DNA from: Candidatus Micrarchaeia archaeon
GTDB taxonomy: Archaea; Micrarchaeota; Micrarchaeia; Anstonellales; J096
Assembly (NCBI GenBank): GCA_041500405.1
Contig: JBGQMB010000001.1
Span: 1-64,000, forward strand
Direction of reading: 5' to 3'
DNA length: 64,000 nt
A model generated the notes under the pieces. The model made no database searches, was not told the DNA's origin, and saw only the letters and a list, made by a program, of their open reading frames with translations. The stretch's first letter is position 1. Every line of letters starts with the position of its first letter. Positions 57,450 to 64,000 of the stretch are shown here, piece after piece. Made by a program: the position numbers and the translations under genes.

Positions 57450-59276
57450 ATGGCCCAGCAGGGCGATCTAAATTGGGGCTCGGCGCTTGCAATCGTTGCA
57501 TTAGTGTCCATCATCGCAATCGTGGCTTACGTATTTTTCGCGCATGGCCCAAGGGAGATTGTGATGGGCGGAAGGACGCCGCTCCTGAATTCCGCGATAA
57601 GCTTTTACATCCTCAATGGCGACGGGAGCAAGGGCGCGCTTGCAGGCAGCACAACAACGGATGAGGACGGCATTTATGTCACTGCAATCAACGCGTCGCC
57701 CAATGATTTCCTTCTCATTGAGGCAACAAACGGCTCGTATGCCAAGGACACAGCCAACACAAGGCCGCTCAAGCCATCGCAAAGCCTGGCAACAGCAGTG
57801 TCCGCGTCAAACTCCAGCACTTGGGCAGCAATAACGCCTCTCACGCACATGGCAGCAGCAAGGGCAAGGGCGCTCGCGGCAGGAGGGACGCCATTGTCGA
57901 CAGCCGTTGTGTCATCAAACATTGGCGTTGCGCGGCAGTATGGCCTTGCTGACATAATATCAAACCAGCCTGTTCCTGTTGACGACGAGGAATGGGCCGC
58001 GCGCGCGAACATTGACGAACGGCAATATTCTCTTGTCATTGCGGGCATCTCAGAAGAGGCGGAAGACCTCAATATGGACGCCGTGGGTTTTGCGGACGCG
58101 CTTGCAAAGGACGCGAGCGACGGCCTGCTTGACGGCAAAGAGAACGGAGAGCCGATAACAATGGAGTCATTGTCAGGCGGGACAATGAGGCTTGACGCGA
58201 ATGCCGGGACAGAAGGCGTGCAGGACGGCATTGCCAGCGCGCAGGTCGCACCAAACCTTGCGCCCAACCAGGCAAATGCCCAAGTGCCGCTCCAGCCAGT
58301 CCAGCTCGGCATAAACGGGGCAGGGAAATTTTACATAACATCAACAATGCTTCCTGCTGCCATAGCGCAAACACAATATAATTTTCAGTTAACTGCACAA
58401 GGGGGAACTACCCCTTACACGTGTTCATTGGCAGGAAGGAATGCGGACAACACGGTTTCGGCTTTGCCGAATTGGCTCTTGCTTGGAAACGATTGCACGC
58501 TTTACGGCGGCGTTCCTTTGCTTGCAGGCGGAACAACGATGTCAATTTCACAGCCGTTCACAATAGCAATGTGCGATTCCGCAAACTCGTGCGAAAACCT
58601 GGAGCTGCGCATAACGACAATAGGGCAGAAGCCGGAGATAACGACATATATCGCCAAGTGCTTTATTAATGAATTCTGCAACCAGAACATCGCAACAGCG
58701 CAAGGAGGGATAACGCCGTATTATTTCAGGTCCGACTATCTCAGGAACGGCGCGTCGCCGCTCGGCACAATCGTGGACCTGAACGGCAACATCCGCGGGA
58801 CGCCAACGGAGATGGGGACGTTTGACGTCGGCGTTTGCGCAATAGACAGCATAGGCGCATACTCCTGCGATACAGCCGAAGTCAGGGTTATTTCGCGGAA
58901 CGTTACGCTTTATCTTACGAAAACTGGCACCGGCACAGGCAAGGTCTACTCGAACCCCTTCAATGACGACAACATCTTTTCGTACGGCGTGACGCTCACG
59001 CTCACGGCAACCCCGAACAGCGATTCCGAGTTCACGGGATGGGGCGGCGCGTGCAGCGGAACAGGGACATGCAGGCTACTGATGGACGGGGACAAGGAAA
59101 TCACTGCGGAGTTCACCCAGACAGAGGAGGAGCCTACGCCGAACCCCAATCCGCCGGACACATGCGGAAGCGGATATCACATCAGCAACTGCGGAAACGG
59201 CCAGACGCGCTGCTGCCGCAGCGGCTGGGAGTGCTGCAACAGCGGCAACTGCGCGCCGGCTGTCTGGTGCGGCTGA
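57450..59276 (+). CDS. Membrane-anchored surface protein with Ig-like (He_PIG-type) modules, B-repeat-like domain and Cys-rich tip
   Basis: N-terminal TM; two AQGGxTPY units; LTATP....FTGWGGAC; 8 Cys in the last ~38 aa. Confidence 0.7.
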   Translation: MAQQGDLNWGSALAIVALVSIIAIVAYVFFAHGPREIVMGGRTPLLNSAISFYILNGDGSKGALAGSTTTDEDGIYVTAINASPNDFLLIEATNGSYAKDTANTRPLKPSQSLATAVSASNSSTWAAITPLTHMAAARARALAAGGTPLSTAVVSSNIGVARQYGLADIISNQPVPVDDEEWAARANIDERQYSLVIAGISEEAEDLNMDAVGFADALAKDASDGLLDGKENGEPITMESLSGGTMRLDANAGTEGVQDGIASAQVAPNLAPNQANAQVPLQPVQLGINGAGKFYITSTMLPAAIAQTQYNFQLTAQGGTTPYTCSLAGRNADNTVSALPNWLLLGNDCTLYGGVPLLAGGTTMSISQPFTIAMCDSANSCENLELRITTIGQKPEITTYIAKCFINEFCNQNIATAQGGITPYYFRSDYLRNGASPLGTIVDLNGNIRGTPTEMGTFDVGVCAIDSIGAYSCDTAEVRVISRNVTLYLTKTGTGTGKVYSNPFNDDNIFSYGVTLTLTATPNSDSEFTGWGGACSGTGTCRLLMDGDKEITAEFTQTEEEPTPNPNPPDTCGSGYHISNCGNGQTRCCRSGWECCNSGNCAPAVWCG

Positions 59277-59353
59277 GGCGTTTTCTTAGGCGGGCGCCTT
59301 GCATTTTGCCTCATATTTATAAATTAAGCGAGCCAAATGCCATTGTGGTCAAA

Positions 59354-60202
59354 ATGGAAAAAATACACATCGCTTTTGCAATGTTAGCGTTGCTTCTGTT
59401 CTCTTTCGGGTGCACAAGCCTGATGAGCGACACTCAAAGCTTGGTTGGCGGCGACAGCGGGCGCACGTCATCCACTATAGGCGTTTCGGAAGACTTGAGC
59501 TACAAGTCGGCGCCAAGCGCATCAGACGGCGCTGTCCAGGACGCAATGGTCATAAAGACCGGCTCTGCGCAGATAGAGGTGCCTGAGAACACGCTTTCGG
59601 CAAGGTACGAAAGCCTAAAGGCTATGGCTGTCCAATATGGCGGCTCAATCTCGTACTCAAGCTACTATGAGAGCGAATCCGGCAAGACGCAGTATGTCAC
59701 CGTGAAAGTGAACTCGGAAAAATTTGACGAGTTTACGGGAAGGCTCTCCGAGATAGGGACAGTCAAGAGCTTCTCCAGCAACACGGACGACGTCACGCAG
59801 GAGTACATCGACACGACCGCGAAGCTCAGCAACCTGATAGCCTCAAGGGACAGGCTGCTTGCGCTGTACAACACGACGGGAAACCTGAGCGACATACTGA
59901 TGCTCGAGCAGGCGATTGAGAACGTGCAGTACCAGATAGACTCCGCGACGCAGCAGAAGCTGTACTACGAGAGGCAGTCCGCGAAGGCGAGCGTGAGCAT
60001 AACTCTTTCCGAGCCGCTTCCGGTCGTCGACACCACGATTCTGGACCCGCTTTCGCAGCTTGCGAACCTGTTCATCGGCAGCCTCATTGTCGGCGTGACG
60101 CTTATCGTCATTGGCGCCGGCTTCGTGATACCGATAGCCATAGCGCTGTTCGTGCTCTGGAAGATATGCGCGTGGCTCTGGACCAAGCTCAAGAAGAAAT
60201 GA
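59354..60202 (+). CDS. DUF4349-like lipoprotein/membrane protein
   Basis: SFGC signal, VIKTG, DVTQEYID, C-terminal TM. Confidence 0.75.
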   Translation: MEKIHIAFAMLALLLFSFGCTSLMSDTQSLVGGDSGRTSSTIGVSEDLSYKSAPSASDGAVQDAMVIKTGSAQIEVPENTLSARYESLKAMAVQYGGSISYSSYYESESGKTQYVTVKVNSEKFDEFTGRLSEIGTVKSFSSNTDDVTQEYIDTTAKLSNLIASRDRLLALYNTTGNLSDILMLEQAIENVQYQIDSATQQKLYYERQSAKASVSITLSEPLPVVDTTILDPLSQLANLFIGSLIVGVTLIVIGAGFVIPIAIALFVLWKICAWLWTKLKKK

Positions 60203-60270
60203 TTTTGTTTTTTAATTTCTTTTTTCGTTTTTCCGAATGATTTTTATATTTATCCATCAAAAATAACAGT

Positions 60271-61053
60271 ATGGCCGAAAAGAGCGTCCAGGCCCAAACG
60301 GGAAAGCCGGAAGGGAAGCGGATTCACGCCGGCATAATTGAGCAGTCCGCAGTCTCAATGAAGGACATCGTCGAAGCCATAAGGACCGCCATTTCCTTTT
60401 CCGACGACCGCGGCATTCCGCTGCCAAACGAGCTGACGCTTCCGCAAAAGCAAAAGGACGCGATAATGGGCTTTGTGGAATCGCTTGCAAAGGACCCTGC
60501 AAGGGACAGCGACCTTGTCTCGTTCGCAGTCGCAATAAGCCGCATATGCAATTCTTGCTCGTACAATGAAGAAAGGCTGGCCACGCTCAATACGTTGGCG
60601 ATGCTGGTCTCCGGGGAGAGGTTCAAGGAGCTCTCAAAGGAAACGGTCGGCATAGTCCACAAGGTGGCGCTCAACCCGCTGAACAGCGGCATAAAGGACT
60701 CAATCTTGGTGTCGCTTGCCAGCTTGATTGACAGCCCGGACTTCAGTGGCGGGCTTCTGCCGGCCCTGCACATCATTTCAGAGCAAACAGACGGCGCGCA
60801 CATGGTAATGTCGCTGGAGCACATGCTGAGCATATGCCAAAGCAAGCGCTGCACGCCTGCCGTCGAGGCCCTGGTGCTTGAAGTGGCCAAGAAGACATGG
60901 AGCAAGGAGACGGAGCTCTCCCTGTGCTCGCTTTCCCTGCTTGTGGAAAGCAGCAAGGCGTCGGACGCCCTGTTCGCCGGCCTGCGCAACGAGATAAGGG
61001 ACATGCCGGCCTACAGCATAGCGCTCCGCATCAACAACACAAGAGGCGGATAA
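60271..61053 (+). CDS. Orphan alpha-helical repeat protein
   Basis: LVSGERF, LIDSPDF, ICQSKRC, LVESSKA at ~36-40 aa spacing. Confidence 0.65.
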   Translation: MAEKSVQAQTGKPEGKRIHAGIIEQSAVSMKDIVEAIRTAISFSDDRGIPLPNELTLPQKQKDAIMGFVESLAKDPARDSDLVSFAVAISRICNSCSYNEERLATLNTLAMLVSGERFKELSKETVGIVHKVALNPLNSGIKDSILVSLASLIDSPDFSGGLLPALHIISEQTDGAHMVMSLEHMLSICQSKRCTPAVEALVLEVAKKTWSKETELSLCSLSLLVESSKASDALFAGLRNEIRDMPAYSIALRINNTRGG

Positions 61054-61054
61054 G

Positions 61055-61738
61055 ATGGATTCAGTGAAAAGACCGTTAAATAAGCAAGGCGAACCCGCGA
61101 ACAACAAGAAGCCGCAGCTTGAGAAGTTCAAGGACAGGTTCCCGAAAGCGAACCTCATATGCAGGCGCCTCGGCGCCAAGATGGACAACTTCGACCGCAT
61201 GACGAGGCTTCCGCAGGAGGACAGGCAGAACATACTGGATTATGCGGCAATGCTTGCAAGCCGCAACAAAAAGGGAAATCTCGGCCTGCTTGCGAGCACG
61301 GTAGACGCAATCTGCAACTACGGCGAGCCGCACGACAGGAGCTACTTTAACCTCGTTTATCTGAACAGGCTACTTGGAAGCCAGCGGTTCATTGATGCGC
61401 CGCGCTTTGTCATGGTTCCTGTTGCAATGATAGCGTGCCAGCCAAGGAACAGGGATCTGCTCTATTTTCACTTGGACTCCATAAGGACGATAGCGGACGA
61501 CAACTTCCTTTCGGCGGCAACCGCGTTGGAGCTGTGCACGATGGCCATGGGAAACACAGGAAACGACCTTTCGATGAAATTCCACGAGCTCATAATAAGG
61601 CTCAGGGCGGAAAGGAAAAAAGAAAACATGAAATCCGGCCGCGAGCTTGGAAAAACGCTAAAGGAAATTGACCACTTTGAAAAGTCCAGCAGGAATCCGA
61701 ACCCGCCAATAATGGTCAAGGAAAAGAAGCAGGCGTGA
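61055..61738 (+). CDS. Orphan protein, tandem paralog of 60271..61053
   Basis: LPQ..I....LA, ICN, RF, A..P.N pattern aligns by eye. Confidence 0.62.
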   Translation: MDSVKRPLNKQGEPANNKKPQLEKFKDRFPKANLICRRLGAKMDNFDRMTRLPQEDRQNILDYAAMLASRNKKGNLGLLASTVDAICNYGEPHDRSYFNLVYLNRLLGSQRFIDAPRFVMVPVAMIACQPRNRDLLYFHLDSIRTIADDNFLSAATALELCTMAMGNTGNDLSMKFHELIIRLRAERKKENMKSGRELGKTLKEIDHFEKSSRNPNPPIMVKEKKQA

Positions 61739-61811
61739 GACGGGCGGTGCGGTTCCTTTTTAAATTTTTCACTGGAATAAGGCAAAAGCATAACCGTAAA
61801 GGTGTTTATCG

Positions 61812-62099
61812 ATGAAATTTCCAGGGGAACTAATGAGGTATTGCCCGCACTGCAACGCAAGGACTTTGCACAAGGCGAAGAACGTGTCAAAGGGCAAGGC
61901 AAGCCCGTTCTCGTTCGGAACCATGAAGCACGCAAAGAAGCTCATGGGCCACGGCGGAAAAAGGGCGGGCCAGAAGGAAGTGAAGAAGCAGGGCAAGAAG
62001 CAGAAGGTAATTTTAACGTGCACGGCCTGCAGCAAGAAGCAGGAGTGGGTCTGCCACAAAAGGACCAAGAAAAAGGTGGAAATCGTGAAGAAACAGTAA
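61812..62099 (+). CDS. rpl44e: Ribosomal protein L44e
   Basis: RYCPHC..T.H, GHGG, L.CTAC.K. Confidence 0.93.
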   Translation: MKFPGELMRYCPHCNARTLHKAKNVSKGKASPFSFGTMKHAKKLMGHGGKRAGQKEVKKQGKKQKVILTCTACSKKQEWVCHKRTKKKVEIVKKQ

Positions 62100-62109
62100 A
62101 GTGATGCTT

Positions 62110-62283
62110 ATGGCAACAAGTTTCATGAAGATAAAGTGCTCGAAGTGCGGCGAGGAAAGGAAGGTTTTCTCGCATTCAAACAAGGACATCTTCTGCGGCA
62201 AGTGCAAGGCGCACCTAATGCAGCCGAGAGGCGGAAAGGCGCTGCTGATTGACGCGGAGATATTAGAGGAGTACAATGAGTGA
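62110..62283 (+). CDS. rps27e: Ribosomal protein S27e
   Basis: FMKIKCSKC..VFSH..CGKC..PRGGKA. Confidence 0.93.
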   Translation: MATSFMKIKCSKCGEERKVFSHSNKDIFCGKCKAHLMQPRGGKALLIDAEILEEYNE

Positions 62284-63046
62284 CATAAAGGATCTCAAGC
62301 TTCCGCAGAAGGACGAGCTTGTAGTCGGCGAAGTGAAGAAGGTCCTGAATTACGGCGCATTCTGCTCATTATTGGAGTATCCGGGCGTTGACGGGTTTTT
62401 GCACGTCAGCGAGGTCGCAAGCAAGTGGATAAGGAACATAGGCGAGTATGTCAGGGAGAACCAGAGGGTCGTAATCAAGGTAATAAACGTCGACCCAGGC
62501 AAGAACGTGGTTGACGTCTCATTAAGGCGCGTCAATGAGAACGAAAGGAAGCAGGTGCTGGAGTTTTTCGACAGCAACCAAAAGGCAGAAAGGATGATAG
62601 GGGTTGCTTCAAAAAAGACCAAGATTGAGGTTCCTGCAAACATCGTTTCTGAAATACTGAAAACCTACAGCTCGGTCTATGATTTCGCATATGACGTTTA
62701 TGAGAAGGGCGAGGCAGTGGCGGAAAAGGCCGGCATGCCGAAAAAGCTCGCAACGGCCTATTTCGAGCTGGTCCAGATCTCAATGAAGCCGTCCAAGGTC
62801 ACCGTAAGGGCCGAGATAAAGGCAACATCCCTCAGGCCCAAAGGCGTTGAGGACATAAGGGCCGTGCTTTCCGGGATAGAGGGCGCCTCAATAAAATACC
62901 TGGGCGCGCCGAGGTACATGGCGGTAATAGAGGACGAGTCGTTCAAGCAGGCCAACAAGAGGATGACCGCGCTTTTGTCGTCGGTGGAAAAGAAGGCAAA
63001 GGCGTCCGGCGTGTCCATGGAATACGAGATAATGAAAAATGAGTGA
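62276..63046 (+). CDS. eif2a: Translation initiation factor 2 alpha
   Basis: S1 domain LHVSEVASKWIRNI, DVSLRRV, GAPRY. Confidence 0.95.
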   Translation: MSDIKDLKLPQKDELVVGEVKKVLNYGAFCSLLEYPGVDGFLHVSEVASKWIRNIGEYVRENQRVVIKVINVDPGKNVVDVSLRRVNENERKQVLEFFDSNQKAERMIGVASKKTKIEVPANIVSEILKTYSSVYDFAYDVYEKGEAVAEKAGMPKKLATAYFELVQISMKPSKVTVRAEIKATSLRPKGVEDIRAVLSGIEGASIKYLGAPRYMAVIEDESFKQANKRMTALLSSVEKKAKASGVSMEYEIMKNE

Positions 63047-63200
63047 AATTCTTGGAAGATTGAGGAGGTGCACGGCATGCGGGGCATACACGATGCTCAT
63101 CACCCACCACAAAATGCTCTCAACCAACGCCCACAGCCCGGTTTTTAAGCCTTTTGACAGATACGCAAAGTATAGGGAGATGGAGAAGGAGATTGAATGA
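63039..63200 (+). CDS. nop10: H/ACA RNP protein Nop10; absent from ORF track
   Basis: MSEILGRLRRCTACGAYTM...AHSPVFKPFDRYAKYR; conserved position between eif2a and PAC2. Confidence 0.88.
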   Translation: MSEILGRLRRCTACGAYTMLITHHKMLSTNAHSPVFKPFDRYAKYREMEKEIE

Positions 63201-63952
63201 ACCACACGATGATAGTGGTCAGGAAGAAGCTGCCGGAGCAGCTCAACAAGCCAGTGCTTCTTGTCGGGTTGCCCGGAGTGGGATTCATAGGCCGCGTTGT
63301 TGCCAAGTACATGATAAGCAAGCTCAACGGCGAGCGTTTCGCCGATGTCTATTCGCCGTATTTCCCGCCGCATGCGATAATGGCGCGGAGCGGCGTGCTG
63401 AGGCTCATAAAGGACTCATTATACCTGGTCAAGACCAAGAATGCGGACGTAATCGTGCTTTACGGGGAGACGCAGGCGCTCAGCACGGAAGGGCATTATG
63501 AGTTTGCCTCAAGGATGCTGCATTTCTGCGAAGTCCATAAAATCAAGGAGATCATAACAGTAGGCGGATACGCGACAGGCAAGCTGATAAAGGAGCCGAG
63601 GATTTTCGGCGCAGCCAACTCAAAGGCGTACGTTGAAGCGCTCAAGAAAAAGGGGATATCGTTCGGGGACTCGTTCGGGGCGATAGCCGGCATATCCGGC
63701 CTGCTTCCGGCGATGGCAAAGTCGGTGAGGATACCGGCGGTGTGCCTGATGGGCGAGACGCACGGCGGGTTCGTCGACGCGGTCGCGTCAAGCAAGATTT
63801 TGGAGTTCATTTCATCCTATTTCGAGACAAAGATAGACATGGCGGAGATTGACAAGGCCGTGAAGATAAACGAGGACGTCATAAAGAAGGTTGAAACCGA
63901 GATAAAGAAGCAGATGTCCGAAAGCGCGACCAAGCCAAGCTACATCAGGTGA
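63197..63952 (+). CDS. PAC2-family proteasome assembly chaperone-like protein
   Basis: GLPGVG.IG, GGY, G.SGLL, CLMGETHG..VD; C-terminal YIR. Confidence 0.9.
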   Translation: MNHTMIVVRKKLPEQLNKPVLLVGLPGVGFIGRVVAKYMISKLNGERFADVYSPYFPPHAIMARSGVLRLIKDSLYLVKTKNADVIVLYGETQALSTEGHYEFASRMLHFCEVHKIKEIITVGGYATGKLIKEPRIFGAANSKAYVEALKKKGISFGDSFGAIAGISGLLPAMAKSVRIPAVCLMGETHGGFVDAVASSKILEFISSYFETKIDMAEIDKAVKINEDVIKKVETEIKKQMSESATKPSYIR

Positions 63953-64000
63953 TTTTACGGTATCAATGGACAAGGCGATAATAGGCAGGATAGTCAGGAA

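Noticed and set aside
59039..59353. N-terminal extension of the DUF4349-like ORF in the track
   Set aside because: Overlaps the upstream gene in another frame; the signal peptide begins at ATG 59354
1..64000. CRISPR array, rRNA, transposase, integrase, intein
   Set aside because: No regularly spaced repeats or recognisable motifs seen by eye

Overview
This is 64 kb of an archaeal chromosome. It carries EF-2, aIF-2alpha/beta, aIF-1A, TFE, fibrillarin, Nop10, CarS, L44e, S27e and L41e. The gene content and many orphan proteins suggest a DPANN lineage such as Micrarchaeota (inference only). Five tRNAs are present: Leu-TAG, iMet-CAT, Ala-CGC, intron-containing Trp-CCA and Ile-GAT. Two short genes fall below the ORF track's size cutoff: L41e and Nop10. 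I found no CRISPR array, rRNA, transposase, integrase or reverse transcriptase. The main observations are: (1) an operon divergent from an Lrp-type regulator, in which two otherwise divergent membrane proteins share a 15-aa N-terminal leader conserved at the peptide level, followed by an atypical Cx3Cx3C radical-SAM/methyltransferase fusion; (2) an AT-rich two-gene island (unknown ORF plus Dam-like methylase) bounded by a 9-bp direct repeat; (3) a full-length glutamine-synthetase homologue lacking most catalytic residues; (4) five orphan proteins built from a ~36-aa helical repeat; (5) a tRNA-acceptor-like hairpin behind tRNA-Ile, a tandem PadR operator candidate and a dispersed pyrimidine/purine palindromic element. 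All functional calls come from reading motifs by eye; no searches were run.
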